Assembly: GCF_009914755.1 (NCBI RefSeq) | Contig: NC_060925.1 | DNA: 64,000 bases | Origin: the human T2T-CHM13v2.0 reference genome, Homo sapiens | Reading direction: 5' to 3' (one strand) | Shown here: positions 15,949-38,439 of the stretch, piece after piece | Layout: every line of letters starts with the position of its first letter | Numbering within the stretch: the first letter of the stretch is position 1 | Translations under genes and position numbers: made by a program | Notes under the pieces: model-generated | What the model saw: only the letters and a program-made list of their open reading frames with translations | Told to the model about the DNA's origin: nothing | The model's database searches: none

Positions 15949-16926
15949 CAGGAATTTTGTTTTAGAGAAGTTTTAACATTTAGTATAACAATGTTTATCT
16001 ATCTTTTCCATTGTGATTTCTACTAACATTTTCTTTCCTCAATATAAGAGGACAATAGCACACTTATATTTAGTGTGCTTTTGTCACAATATTTTATTTT
16101 TAATATTTAATGCTTTAATTTACCCAAGGTTTATTGTGGTGTGTAGTATGAATGAATGGTTGGTCTAAGTTAAATTTTCTTGGTATTGCTATCCACATAG
16201 CACATCAGGATACATTAAATGATTCATTTCTAATACATTATGCTTAACTTGTCTTTCATTAAATTTATATCTGTCTGGTGTGTGTGTGTGTGTGTGTATA
16301 TATATGGCCTATGTTTAGCATCTCTCTGCTCTTAATCTGTATTTCTATTTTTGACTCAGTATTCCCTTTTGATTATTGTTTCTATATAATATATTTTAAT
16401 ATCTGGTAAGGCTAAGCCTTCCTTTTTTAAAAGTCTTGATATTCTTTCCCATTTTATGTTTTCTAATAATTTTTAACCCATTTCATAACACTTTATAAAG
16501 TATCTATCCTATTACTATTCCAACTGGAATTTTGTTAAATTTATAGTTTACTGAAGAAGAATCACCATTTTAATTAAATGTTGTATTATAATAATAGATG
16601 CATAAAGTATCTATTTTATTCAAGTTGACTTTTGTTTCCTCAAAAAAAGTTACGTGGTTTTATGTTTTATCAATGCCCCCTTAAATTAATCACCAAGGAT
16701 TTTATATTTTTATTGCTATTATGAATGGAATATTTTATCTTTGTATTTTTGGAGTAGAAAAATCATTAGCTAGGAGTCAGAATATCTGATTCAAGTATAA
16801 GCTCTACATTGGGTAAATCCTTTGCATAACATTGCTGAGATCTGTTTTCTCATCTGTTAAAGGGGAACAGTGGTGTGTCTCATAGGTGGGTTTGTTTATT
16901 TTATTTTAAATGTATTTTTTATTTAA

Positions 16927-17106
<180 letters not shown>

Positions 17107-17229
17107 TGAAGTATAAAACTAGAAGACAAAAGTATTTAAGTATTTAGAAAAGTTAATGTTTTTGGAGCAGTATCTTATATCCAGCAACTTTTCTGAACTT
17201 TCCTATTGCCTCAAATGATTTCTAAACAG

Positions 17230-18447
<1,218 letters not shown>

Positions 18448-19496
18448 TTACTTAATTTCAATTATTTTTGTATCATATTTTGATGGTAGGAATATTTAAC
18501 GAATTTCACAGTTCTAAAATGTTATCAATTATAAGATGCACCATTATTTTATGTATTGATAAGAGAAAAAAGCTGTCAGTTAAACTGATACATCATTGAT
18601 TGTAAGATACATCCCAATTTCAGAAATGTTAAAATATGAAATAATGTATTCATTTAAATTGATGAGATATTATATGTTAGTTGCTAATGGTAATAATGAA
18701 CCTTTTCCTTAAAAATTAATAAGGTAGAAATTAATCATTTATATTTAAATTCTGGCTAAACCTAGCAAAGTGTACACACATTTAAGCTGCTGTTTCCTGA
18801 AAGCTCACAAAAGTAGCAGTATTGGAATTTTAAAAAGCGTAAACTTGCAAGGACAAAGAGAACAAGGGAGGATACCACAGCAAATGACAACCGTTGACAG
18901 TTTTTAGAAAATGAATGTCTAAGTAAAAGAGTTTTGATATTTGGTTATTGTGGAGGAAAAATTGGTGATAGGTACATGGGAAGTTACAAACAAAAACACG
19001 AGGCATTTAACCTCAGAGGAAATAAAAAATTTTGCAAGAAAGGAAGTCATAGCATAGTATATAGCTTAGTTGTGAATAGTGTTTACATATTTATAATAAT
19101 GCAGTTATTGAGTATTTAATTTTTTATTGAGAAGTTAGGGGAAGAGGAAGTGGGAGTGTTTGGGTGCTACAAGAGAGTTAAAACCAAATATTTTCAACAC
19201 AGTAAGTCAACAGTGTCTAAAATTGGTAAGTCAAGAATTGTCAATGTAAGCATGCCATTTAGAATTATGGAGGGATTATCACAAGAAATTGCTTAAAGTG
19301 CCTAAAAGTAGTTGCTTTTGTGGAATGACGCTCTGGGATCAGAGGCTGCTGTTTTTATTAGGAGCCTTTTAGTACTATATGTTTTGTTTTTTTAAACTAT
19401 ATACATCTTTTACTTTAATTAAAAAAATTTAAGAAGAAAAGGAAACTAGGGTGGTGATATTTATGTTTTCCACTTAGTCAGTCAAGCAGTGTAATC

Positions 19497-19797
19497 TTTT
19501 TTTTTTTTTTTTGAGACAGAGTCTTGCTCTGTCTCCCAGGCTGGAGTGCAGTGGCATGATCTGGGCTCACGGAGATGTAACCTCCGTCTTCCGGGTTCAA
19601 GTGATTCTCTTACCTCAGACTCCCGAGTTGCTGGGATTACCTGCTCCCTCCTCCACATCCGGCTAATTTTTGTATTTTAGTAGAAATGGGGTTTCAACAT
19701 GTTGGCCAGGCTGGTCTTGAACTCCTGACCTCAAGTGATCCTCCCGCCTCCACCTCCCAAAATGATGGGATTGCAGGCGTGAGCTACCACACCTGGG
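19497..19797 (-). mobile_element. AluS-type SINE
   Basis: Full antisense Alu. Confidence 0.85.
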
Positions 19798-20568
19798 TAA
19801 GCAATTTCTTGATTAGAAATGAAAGAAGACCATTTTTACTGCCCCATGTGTAAAAGAGCTCACTTGGAATTGCTGGAGTAGATAATCACTGTGACCCACC
19901 TCTGCCTTGGGAAAGTGTTCATCAAATATTAGTACTGTTGTGAGTCAGACATAGTTCTAGGCGTTAGGGGTAAAAACAAAACAGAAAGACAGTATTCTTA
20001 TATTCTTATTCTCATCGAAACAATACAGAAATAAAGAAAAATAGTTGTAAAGCCTTTTCCCTGAGCTAAATAACACTGTAAGTTTCTTTGGAAACTGGAT
20101 AGACCAGTATTGTTTATTTATTTCCCCCCTCTACTTCTCTGCTGGCTTTTCAATAATTGGTTTAAATTTGGCTGGAGCCGTACAGTGTTTTGGTGATGAA
20201 GAGGAAAGTGTTCAGGATCTTCAGGACATTGACATTGCATCGTGGTTCTTCTTGAACATCCCCTCTGTGGCTATAATCCTCGGTGCCTAAGTGAGCCTTC
20301 ACTTGTATGGCCAGGTTGGGGAGAGACTGGCATAATCTTTCTATTAGTCACTTCCTGGCAGGACATTCATATCCTTGTACGGTTCTTAGAAGAACTTAAT
20401 AGCTAAATGATACTAATAATAGCTACTGATATATACTTTACAAAACTCTTAACATCTGTCATCTTTTTCTTGTACATCTATGAGATATTCCAGTTTTACA
20501 CAGTGAAAGGGTTTACATGACTTATGCAAGTACACATTGGTAGGTGACAGAACTAGAAGTTGAATTAG

Positions 20569-20909
<341 letters not shown>

Positions 20910-21611
20910 CCTCTTGACTTAATCTTGAACTCATTTGCCTATCCAACTATCTTTCCTTAAAATACTCTGGGAAATGCTTTCCACCTTGAGTACCAAACAT
21001 CATTGATCTTCCTTATTTCATTCTCTCTTCAGGTTAATTCATGTGGCTTTCAAACACAAATCAAACTTTCTTTAATAAAGAAGGAGCCATTTCTTATTGC
21101 TTATTTTAGCTCCCTGTTGTTTATTTCCTTAAGTCTAAATTCCTGTGCCTACTTTTTAGGATTTTTCATAATCTAGTGTTAGTCTGCCTATCCAGCATTA
21201 TCTTTAATTGTCTCCTGTTCCCTTATTTAAATCAGGCAAATCTGTTTTCTCAAAGTATTTAAGCACAGACTCATTCCTGTTTCCTATCTTTAGCTTATAG
21301 TTTCTCTTCTTCATTCTGTTCTTTGGGGATCCACCTAAGGCTTCCCTGATAACTGTAATTATCAATAAGTGCTTCCATTCTGACTGCCTATATCACTGTC
21401 TGTACCATACATGTTTGCTATTTCATTGTAATGCAGCATTATATACTGTCTTTCAGTGCTCTCTAATTGTTTACACATGTATAAAATAACTGGAATTTAA
21501 GTCCTCTGACACGAGAAACCAGATCTCTCACATATACCTAAAAGAATGCTTGAGCGCTTGCCAGATATTCTTTAAATGCTAGTTATTCCAATAAGTATAC
21601 CTGTTACTGGA

Positions 21612-22575
<964 letters not shown>

Positions 22576-22724
22576 CCTGGACATGTGGCAGAGTTCACTG
22601 GTAATGATGGTGGTCCAAGTGGATAAGAGATTTTCTGAAAATGCGTCTGTGTCTGTTTTCATCGAGAATGTACATAATAATGATTTTTACACTCCTTTCT
22701 GCTCTACTTCTGTTTTGGTGATAG

Positions 22725-22862
<138 letters not shown>

Positions 22863-23020
22863 TAAAACCTATAGTCCTAGTCATTTTTGAAAGGATTACA
22901 ACCTGGTTAGTGGCTTAACTAATTTTAAAAAAGGAGGGGAATAGGGACCTTGATGCAAAGTCCATTGTGTTTCTCCATTTAACACACAAAGATCTTGAAT
23001 TACTGTGTATTAGTACATAA

Positions 23021-23335
<315 letters not shown>

Positions 23336-23574
23336 CATAATTTTATTATTAATAATAACTATTTTTTGGTTAAAAAGTGCTAAAACAAAAGTTGTGTAAA
23401 ACATTACAATAGGATATAGATAAGATTGTATAAGACCTGATATTTAGCTTTTTAACATTAGGAGTTATTTTAGTCATGATTTAGCAATAGCAAAATCATT
23501 TGTTTTTACAGCTTCCATTTCTGCAGTTGCTTAAACATTTATGCTCCGTAGTGCTCTTGGTTAGTATATCATCC

Positions 23575-23800
23575 TAGAATTGTGCTATTTGATTCAATAG
23601 CTACTAGACTCATGTAGGTATTTAAATATAAATTTAAATTCATTTAAATTAAATGCAATTTAAAATTCAGTTCTCTAGCTGCTCTAGCCACATTTCAATG
23701 CTAAGCAGCCATATGTGCACAGTGAATAGCTAGCATATTGGACTGTGCAGGTATAGAACATTTTCATCATCACTGAAAGTTTTGCCGAACAGGGCTGCCT
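23575..23800. mobile_element. hAT-Charlie MITE (MER3-like)
   Basis: ctagccacatttcaatgct...atattggactgtgcag...aacattttcatcatcactgaaagt. Confidence 0.6.
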
Positions 23801-23976
23801 AGAGTATTCCTTAAATGGCTTTAAATTCATTTTCAATTTGTATCTGCCATAGATACAGGGATGGAAATTGTCAAAAATAAAATTAGTAAAGAACACATAA
23901 AAATTTCTACTCATTATAACATTTTTAAATTTCTCTCTTGGCAGATTCACATGCAGTTGAAGTTTTTTCAATTATA

Positions 23977-24641
<665 letters not shown>

Positions 24642-24766
24642 TATCATTTTCATTCTTTAGTAGTGATTCTGATAGGTCATTTGAATTCTTTTGTACCTTC
24701 TGTGTACTTTTCAGGAGAGAATATTGATTCATGTACATTAATTGGGTTGGAATAAGAATGCAAACA

Positions 24767-25072
24767 GCTGCGGGGCACGGTGGCTCACACCTGTAATCAC
24801 AGCACTTTGGGAGGCTGAGGCGGGTGGATCACCTGAGGCCAGGAGTTCGAGACCAGCCTGGCCAACATGGTGAAACCCCATCTGTACTAAAAATGCAAAA
24901 AGTAGCTGGGCGTGGTAGCATGTGCCTGTAATCCCTGCTACTCAGGAGGCTGAGGCCAGAGAATCGCTTGAACCCGGGAGGCGGAGGTTGCAGTGAGCCG
25001 AGATTGCAACACTGCACTTCAGCCTGGAAAACACAGTGAGACTCCGTCTCAACAACAACAACAACAACAAAA
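24767..25072 (+). mobile_element. AluS-type SINE with a (CAA)n tail
   Basis: TSD aa(g/a)aatgcaaac. Confidence 0.88.
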
Positions 25073-26660
25073 AATGCAAACCAGTCAGCCATTGAACTTA
25101 GCCTGTAATCTTATATCTAGCTAAGTTAGTTATTTTAATCATTTATGTGATGAAAAGTAATAAATCTCTATACCTTAGAAAATTGCCGAAGATCAGGGAG
25201 CCACCTTACCAATGTTCTACGTATCAGCAGGCTGACATAGAAAATGCAAAATCTTTTAAATGTAATTAAATCTTGGCAGAATTTTGGTTAGGAGAATTTT
25301 GCTATGTGTGAGACAGAATTTTAAAACACGACTTCCACCTGTTCTTTAAGATAATGGCATTGTCTTCTATATATTAATGCATGATTCTGACCAATACATT
25401 TGCATCTTTTTGGTGAAAAGGGCCAAATACTAACAGGCCATCAACTTCTGCAGTAATCCTTTGCCTTTGCTAAAGCCAACAGAGTTTTCTTGTTTCTGAA
25501 AAGTTAATAGAGTCAAAATAATTTCATAAGGTCTTCTGATAATACCAGTGTGGAATACATACTGTTTCTTTGCATTTATAGTATTCCAAACACACTATCT
25601 TTCCATCTATGTATTCAACAAAACATATTTGTTGAGTACCAAGTACGTGCCAGGCACAGTGCAAGGTGTGAGAGAAATACATAGGTTTGCATTGTGCTGT
25701 GGCAAAATATAGAAAATCTGAATTTAATAAACACAGTAATCTATTATGAAGTCATTTTTAGACTTGTTTATATTTTGTAATCACCCAGGTAAAAACTCAA
25801 GTATAGTTGATAGACAGATATGTTTCCCCATGGTCTTTTGCCATTGTGTATAAAATATGCTTAAACATTTGTGGAATTAGATTGTCTTGAAAACCTAGTG
25901 CCAACATATTTCTGTGTACTAGCCACATGATATGATAGTCAGATTTTGAAGAAAGGCTCATCAGAGTTTGAATTTTATGAGTATAATATGTATTCAAGTA
26001 TCAGTGTTCAAAGGCATTAGCCTAGCCAATATTAGGTCATGGTCAATACATTGAAACTTCTCACATGGGCCTTCTGAGCCCATAGGCCCTGATGCCATTA
26101 ACCATAGCAACTAAGTGTGGTGAACAGGCCTACGATTAGGCCAGGTCACTACAATTAGTAGTTGTCACATCACTGTGAGAACTGCAGCAACACAATGAAC
26201 TTCTCAGTTTTAGTTTCTTTTCTGTAAAATGGGGATATTCCGATTATCAGCTATTAAGTAGAATCTTGACAAAATACACCAAGATTCTTGGAAGATAAAT
26301 AAGCTTTGTGTAAGTTCCCCTGTCCTCCAAATCTTCAAATACAGAAGAGAGCTCACGTCTGTGCATAGTTTATAATACCCAGTGTGATCAAAAACATTTT
26401 TGTTTTTTACTTACTTACAAAGTTAGACTGAATCTCAAATTTGGATGGTTGAGAATATAATATACAAGAAACAATGTTTTCTCTTCTCTTCCTTCCTCCC
26501 TCCCTCCCTTTCTGTCTCCTCACACAAACAGTAGACATGTGTAAATTATGCTTTTCTTATGTTGAAGTGGCCTGATTTTGCCCTTGTTGAACAGATAAAT
26601 AAAGAGCTTTTGTGTTTCTCTACATAATTTGTATTGATTTCACACAAGGCAGCATGTATG

Positions 26661-26852
26661 TCAGTTTTTCTCAAAGTGTGGTCTCCAGTCTACTTACATG
26701 GAAGACACTTTTGAAGCTGCTTAAAATGCAGATTTCTAGACTCCACCCCACATTTACTAAGCCAGAATCTCTGGGGGTAGGACCTAGGGAACTTTATTTT
26801 TAAAAAGCACACTGGTGATTCTGGAACGTTAGGTGCTTCAGAATCACTACTC
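26661..26852. mobile_element. MER5-like hAT MITE
   Basis: ttctcaaagtgtggtc...aaatgcagatt...agaatctctggggg. Confidence 0.6.
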
Positions 26853-27035
26853 TGATTCTGGTTTTGGGAGAGTTGGCTCTTGAAGTTCCTCTCAGTCCCT
26901 TACTTCTATTTTGGACCTGGTTTGACCCTTAGCAGGTTGTTTGGGAGAACAGAGAGTTCTCTGGAGTGGACCTTGACCCATTCACCTAAAGTGTTCTGCT
27001 CTGTTAAACACTGAGTCTCTGCTTTAAAAACTGTC

Positions 27036-27350
27036 GGCCTGGCGCGGTGGCTCACGCCTATAATCCCAGCACTTTGGGAGGCCGAGGCGGGCCGATCATG
27101 AGGTCAGGAGATCGAAACCATCCTGGCTAACACGGTGAAACCTCGTCTCGACTAAAACTACAAAAAATTAGCCGGGCGTGGTGGCGGGCGCCTGTAGTCC
27201 CAGCTACTCAGGAGACTGGGGCAGGAGAATGGCGTGAACCCAGGAGGCGGAGCTTGCAGTGAGCCGCGATCGCGCCGCTCACTCCAGCCTGGGCGACAGA
27301 GCGGAGTCTGTCTCAAAAAAAAAAAAACAACGAAAAACAAAAAAAAAAAA
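27036..27350 (+). mobile_element. AluY-type SINE
   Basis: CpG-rich with Y diagnostics; TSD aaaaactg. Confidence 0.9.
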
Positions 27351-27507
27351 CTGCCCTATGTCTGTATTTATTTGTCTTGCTGAATATTGAACATTTATAA
27401 AATATCCTGTACTATACCTGTCCAATTCTCTGGCTTAAATGGGCCACTTTCTACATGATACATGAATAAAGGAAGATAATTCGGGATACATAGTTACTCA
27501 AAACTTA

Positions 27508-28374
<867 letters not shown>

Positions 28375-29177
28375 GGGTTATTTTTAGAGCTTATGCCATT
28401 AAGAAGTCCCCTGAAGGTCTTTTGCTTTCAAGGACTACATTCTTGAATATGGAGGGATAAATTAGTCTTTTGATTCAGAGGGGACGGACAGGGCATGTAT
28501 TATGTGCCTGACTGGTCTAGGCACTTTATATGAAGTCTCATTTTCTCCTTATAACAACCCTGCAGGTATTATTCTTACTTTACAGAGAAGTGAAGTCTGA
28601 GAGATTAAGATTCTTACCTAAGATGACGTAGCTTCTCAGAAGTGGAACTAGAATTTGAAAATGTGATTTGAACCCATTTTTGTCAGGCTCCAGTGCATAT
28701 ATTTTTCCCTGCATCAGGGAAGACAGGATAGCAGCAATGTCTTTTATTTCCAGATGGCAGAAGAGAAGACCCCAGGTAGAATAACTTACTCAAGGTCACA
28801 AAGAGAGAGTTTAAGGTACTCAGAGCTCCACGCTTCTTCTGATCTCTTTTCCCAAATCCCTGCCTTTGTCGGCATGCTTCTCTCTTTTTAAAAGATCTAT
28901 TATAGTAAAAGTCCCAATTAGAGATTGTGGCAGAAATATTTGTCAAAACAGTAGTGGTACCTCTCAACGAAGAGAACTCTCAACAGATGTGCTGTATGTA
29001 ATCCTGTTTTGTTAAAGGACATGAGTAGTACTAGTTTCAAGGGTCAACGACACCCACTGGCATTTACAGAGGTGTTAAGTGTCCTGGAGCAGAATTGCTG
29101 CTTATCGAGCATGTAAAGTTTCTGATGACTATGTTAGGAAGATGGCTTGGATTGAGTGCCAGAGGCCTGGTTGCTAG

Positions 29178-30115
<938 letters not shown>

Positions 30116-30514
30116 AATACTCTGTATTTAATGCTCACAAATCACACTGTGGTTTAGATGTTATTATTATTTCCCATTTATGGAAGAGGAAACTGAGGCA
30201 CCTGGGATTAAGTAATTTGCCTGCCTTAAAGTAGCTTGCGCAAGGTTGCACAGTTAGGAAGTAATGGAAGTAATGGGGCCAGGATTCAAGCCCAGGGTAG
30301 TCTGGGCCTCTTCCTCACTCCTCTGTGTTTCAGGCATTGCTGTTTATTATAACCCCAGAAGAGTTCTGTTCTATACCACCCACCCCTGTCATATTTACCA
30401 AAGTATAGGAGTCAGAGATTTATTTTGTTTATAGTGCCAATGGCAGGATTAAGCAGTATCCATGTTTATCACTGATCTAGGAAGGACAATAAAAAAGAGA
30501 AAGTGAAATAGAAG

Positions 30515-31610
<1,096 letters not shown>

Positions 31611-31771
31611 ATTGTCTCAGAGTCCTTTCCCAACTTAGAGATGGGTGTGAGACCAGAGGCCAGGTCTTCAGGTTGTTGGGTGAGAATACTCTTTGTTCTT
31701 TTTCTTGCACCACATCTCAATAGCTCTTTATTGTGTTTAATACCATAGTAACCCTGTTTCCTGTTTCTCCT

Positions 31772-31802
<31 letters not shown>

Positions 31803-31803
31803 G

Positions 31804-32016
<213 letters not shown>

Positions 32017-32102
32017 TGACGTTTTAATTCCATTTTAGGGGGAAATGAAATCAAAACTGTATTTTGACTGGGGCAAATAAACAGGCATGGAATCCACACT
32101 GA

Positions 32103-32429
<327 letters not shown>

Positions 32430-32759
32430 TAACTGGGACTTAGTTTGTTTTTTTGTTTTTTTTTTCAGCTAAATGCATAAATGGAGAGAGAGATAGAGCT
32501 AGTAGTTGTCTTGAGATCCGAACCTGTTTGAATCCTGGAGCCCCCAGATTCATCCTGTTTTTGCTTTAGGCCTGACTGGAATTGGCAATTTCCTATCCCA
32601 CTTGGCTCGTAGTTACCACTAGAAGGAGCTAGAGAATAGTGGATGAACCAGGCCTGGGTTTTATGGTACTTGTCAGGGTTTTTCTCTAGACTGAGTTTGG
32701 AAGATGGGATGACTGGGGACAGGAGTTCAAAGGCACAGTCCTGAGATGCCTGCTCTTGA

Positions 32760-32870
<111 letters not shown>

Positions 32871-32961
32871 TGAATTGACCTTTTCATCTTTTTGTTTCTT
32901 TAAAATTTATAGGCCTGTGGCCAAATACCTGGGACCCTCACCTCCATCTCTGTCTTTCTAG

Positions 32962-32970
32962 GAATATTAG
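32962..32970 (+). CDS. SNX27: SNX27 short-isoform (SNX27b-type) terminal coding segment EY*
   Basis: tgtctttctag|GAA TAT TAG; gives the known ...WRKEEY C-terminus. Confidence 0.88.
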   Translation, partial: EY

Positions 32971-33738
32971 TTAGAGACTGATTATCTCATGTGAGCCAGG
33001 ACATTCTTCCAGCAAGGTTGGCCTCTGGATGGTGAACGGGCTGTGCAAAAAAGCCCTGCTTCTTCCCTTGTCTAGAGGGTGGACATTGGCTACAGGCTCT
33101 TCCATCTCTCATGACTTCATGGACCCTCCTCTGCCAGTTTTTTAAATCAGATCACCCTCCATGTTGTTCCTGACCCACAGGGGAAGCTGTCCTCAGTTGT
33201 AGCCGTCTTGACTGGATGAGTCCTGGCAGTCTTTCTAGGCGAACCAAGAATGTTTGTGTGAGGGAAGGTGTTTGCTGTTGCTTTACTGCTGTCTGTATGT
33301 GCCAGTGCTGGAACAGAATTTGGAAGATTCTGAATAATTAGTTACTTATTCTCAAAGAAAATCTTTGAAAGAATCAGGAGGTCAAGTCAAGAACATGAAA
33401 ATTTATATTTTAGTACAGTAGAAAGAACATTGGGCTCTGGGAATTTTATCTGGGTTTTCTCCTGGCTTTTTTTTCCCTCTGTGTAATTTTGGGTAAATCA
33501 GCCTCCCTAGCTTTCAGTTTTCTCTTCTGTGAAACAGGAAGACTGAACCACGTAATTAATATCCAAGGTCCCTTCCGGCTCTAAAAGGCTATGATTCTAG
33601 ATGAGAAGTTATATCAAGAAAGATGTGGCCAATCAGATTGAGTCATCCAGGCATACCTTTTTAGCTTCTGTTTGTGGAGTTGTCTCCAGATAAGAGGAGA
33701 TGTGCCTTCCCAATAACTCTTTTTTTTTTTCCTTTCAG

Positions 33739-33786
33739 AACATTTTCCAGATGGCGAGGTCACAGCAGAGAGATGTGGCCACCTAG
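33739..33786 (+). CDS. SNX27: SNX27 long-isoform (SNX27a-type) terminal coding segment NIFQMARSQQRDVAT*
   Basis: poly-T cctttcag| acceptor, then 16 codons ending in TAG. Confidence 0.92.
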   Translation, partial: NIFQMARSQQRDVAT

Positions 33787-34779
33787 CCTTTCCTTATCCC
33801 CTTCCCTTCCCTTCACCCCCATCCTCTTACTCCTTTCATGTCCCATTTCAGACAGAGTAACCATTAACAAAAAAGAAGAGAAAAAGTTAAAGTCGTTATA
33901 TTCAAAAGCCCTAAACTAAATATTATTAATAACCCCCTCTGAATTTCATGTCTCTGGAATTGAGGTGGTAGTGAACAGCAGATCGGTCAGCACCAGAAGT
34001 CAACTGAGTTAAGGCAGGAAAAGAAATAAGCCCAACCAACTTGCCAAAGGTATCTTTGTCCTTTCACCTGGGCCTCATACCAACAGCCTCTCCTTGTACT
34101 ATATTTTTAAAACTGGAACTATGAACTTCATCCATTTGCACTGTTCAGACATATATATGTATGTATGTAAAAATTATATATACACAAATTAGCTGCACGT
34201 ATATACATATATATATTTCTTTTTAAATTTCATATTGATGGCAGTACCTTTTTTAGCTTGTGTTTTTACACACCTTTCACTAGAATCCATGACCTCCCTC
34301 GTGCTCTCTTTCTTTTGAAACAAACTTTAAAAAGGAAAAAAAAGCATTTTACAGGGAAAAATACCTCTCCTCATGAAGGACTTGAAAAGTTTACAACCTG
34401 CTTGGATTTTTGCCCCTTTTTTTGTATTGAGTATAGATTCCGGCTCATGGGTTGCCATAGAGTCTAGGAACAAGGAGTATAGTTTCTTTATCTTCCAAGA
34501 GGGTGCTGGGGAGGAGAAAGAGGTGTGTTTCTCAAGGTTAACAGGCTGTAGTTCTGCAGGGAGAGCCTGAAGTCCTGGTATGGGCTCTTGATTCTGTGAC
34601 AATTTTTTTGATCCATCTATTTCTCTCACTCCTGGCTTTCTAGCCACATTCTGCACCTCCTTCCTGCTTTCCTAGAGCCTCGGTATGCTTTCCCTCAACC
34701 GACCCTGGCTCAGGAGGTTGATGCCATGGGAACCTGAACCTGAAACACTTCATGGTAGTAATTTCCTGTTTTCCTTGCC

Positions 34780-35133
<354 letters not shown>

Positions 35134-35828
35134 TAAGCTGATACCTTAGGCACACAGGTTGGACTTACATAGAGGAAAGAAAGCAAGCAATGCCCTATGT
35201 ACATGAGGTTTTACCTCCTCCATTCCTGACCAATAACCACCCATAACTACGGCATTCTCTGTGACTTCCTTAAACAGCAGTGATGGGAAGGGATCCAATA
35301 GTATCTTCAAGGCCTTGGGGAAACTTGCAGTGGGTCAGTGGTCTGTGCCAACCAAACGATAGCCCCATCCAAGCCAGCTGAGAACCTAGGAAGGAGTAGT
35401 AGGAATATGGTTGATTAGATTGGATCTCCCAAGTTTTAATTGAAAGGAGACTGAACGAAAACCTTTCTGCTTTCTGTCCGTTAAAGAGCTCCTCATCTGA
35501 TCTTGCAGCTAGACCCTTTGAGACTTAAGAGCTGCATCCCAGGATCAGAAGCCAGGGCTAATTGGGGTAGGACAATATTCCCAGCCCCTAAGCTCTGTAG
35601 ATAATGCATAAGAAGCACCAAGTCAGGCTCAGATGCAACTAAAACACATCTTTGAGCCTTTTCTTTTTCCCTTCTCCCCTTTCTAAACAAAAACCTTCCT
35701 AGGATGGCATCTTTTGCTCTAACTGGGAGACAGTCATAATTGGTTGTAGTCAATTCTACTAAGCAGTGTTGGGGTGGTTGGAAAGTCTCTTTTTTGTAAT
35801 TTGTTTTTGCAAATCATTGTGAGGCCAC

Positions 35829-35832
35829 TTTT

Positions 35833-35868
<36 letters not shown>

Positions 35869-35945
35869 TCGTTCTTTCGTTCTTTCGTTCTTTCGTTCTT
35901 TCGTTCTTTCGTTCTTTCTTTCTTTCTTTCTTTCTCTTTCTTTCT
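35829..35945 (+). repeat. Compound (TTTC)n(GTTCTTTC)n microsatellite
   Basis: Directly visible. Confidence 0.9.
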
Positions 35946-35977
35946 TTTGCTTTCCTTCTTTCATCTCTTTTTTGTAA

Positions 35978-36442
<465 letters not shown>

Positions 36443-38439
36443 TGAAATCACAGAGTACAAAAAGTGAGAATGCTGAATGTGTAAAGTTGCAGAGGGATCC
36501 CTAATTTGAAGACTTTGACACAGAACTAACTTCTTTTGACTTAAATGAATTTAAAATGAGCCAAAGGACCCTGAAAAGAAGACATGTTGATTTCCCACTC
36601 CTAGATGCTAAAGAGACTTGGCACCAGCTTTGTTCAAACTGTAAAAATAGCAATTTGCCCCTACTCGCTCAGAGTGGGACAGTAGTGAACAGAGCTGGGA
36701 TTCCATGCGACAGCTTGAATGCTGACCTTCAGACATGAGACATAGGGATTTGGAGGCCCCTTAGAATGGGTAGATGGTGTTATGTTCCCTTTCTGGCATA
36801 GCATTCACTTGGTGCTTTGGAGATTAGGTGAGGGCCCTATAGGTAGTTGGCCTGTTGGCAGAATTTATTTAGGAACAGCCCTTTTGAAAGTGTCCCAGTA
36901 ACAAAGCACCCAGCTGCAGCAAGGAGGTGGGGAAGGAGGGCACCCCAAAGGACAGCGCCTTCTTCTCTTCCACCCATGCACGGCCTTGGGTGATGGAGGC
37001 GGGTTCCCTGTGGCTGCGTGGATCCCATAGGATCAAGCCCTTCTTTGCATGAAGCAGTGTTGTGACTCTTCTCTCTCCCCTTCCTCTGCACTTCCTTTCT
37101 GTAATCCCTACTGTTCTTCTTAGTCCCAGCTTCTGCCCAGGGAGGCTTCTACCCAGACTTCTTTTGCAATTTGTCCCTGGGAAGAGGGGGTCTCCCAGTG
37201 CCCCCAGCTTCATCCCAGCAGAACCAGCAGGATCCTCCTGGTCTCTCACTGGCCTTCCTCCACACTTGGTTTCTATCCTCAGGGGTAGAAGCTCAGAGCT
37301 TTTTATGGCCCAGGAGAAAATGTAGACCCTGAGAAACCTGTCCCTGCAGAAAGGTTCCCTTGGGCCATGCTTTGGGCCCTCTGCTCTTTATATGTTTATT
37401 CTATTCTCCATTTTTCCACCCCGTCCTTACCCTAGGCCTAAACACAGGTACAGATATGTGCATGCTCAGGGCAGCTCCTAGGCCTGGACTGAGCTCTCAG
37501 GGGGGAATTAGATAAATATTCCAACATCCTCATGCCTGGCCCATTTAGTTTCATCCTTTAGTTACCCAGGCCAGTAGCTTTGGGTTATCCCTTCCTGTAG
37601 CTCCAAACCCAGCACTTGGAGCAGCAAAATAGGGCACTGACAGGAGATGAAACTCTCTCCTATCTCAGAATTTGCCAACTTCTGGGCTGGGCTCCTAGGA
37701 GGTAGTTTTCTTGAAGGGGACTGCATCCTAGTTGACCTGAATTTTCCAGACCAGGAGGGACTGCTGTGCTCTCCCTTCTCGCCATCATACTGTTTGGCTA
37801 GATTCATTCAGCAGTAGAAGCTGTTTGATCTGTTGACCCCAGCATACTGCTGTTTCTTCACCAGCTTCATTGTGTCACAGTAGCTTCCTTTGGGAGGATG
37901 ATGTGATAGAACACTCAGAGAGAGGGAGGGAGAAGAGAGATAGTGGGTATGCTTCTCTAGCTCCCCATCTTCCAGGTCCACCTCTTGACTTCCTGTTCCC
38001 CTAAACCTGAGCACATCACGCCAGGCCTCTTTGCTGCCAGGACAGCATCAGCTCACTCCTCAGCAATAATCTAGGGTATGTGGGAAGGTCAGGGCTGTGG
38101 TAAGGAATAGAATCAAAGAGGGGAGTGATACGGGGTGGGGGCACTTGGCCGCCTGCTAAACTTGGACATTAATTTTATATCATGACCCCCTTTTAAGCCA
38201 GTGAGCTGGGCTTCAGTTTTTCCCAGGCCATGCACATTTAATTTATTTCAGAGAAACTCTAATTGTATTTTCACTGCAGTATCTTGTATTTTTTATTTGT
38301 GATTTAAGAAATGTGAAGAGAAAATACACAGACACAATAATGGCTAACATTGTTTCTTTCATTCCTTGTTCTAGAGCTAACCACTCTAAAATTGTTTGGT
38401 AATGTCACTTAGTGTAATTAATTGTAACATATTCTTTTA

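Noticed and set aside
33775-33786. SNX27 C-terminus DVAT as a PDZ-binding motif
   Set aside because: It does not fit the class I consensus (S/T at -2, hydrophobic terminal residue)
36950-36959. RE1 right half-site GGACAGCGCC in the SNX27 3'UTR
   Set aside because: No proper left half-site at a valid spacing
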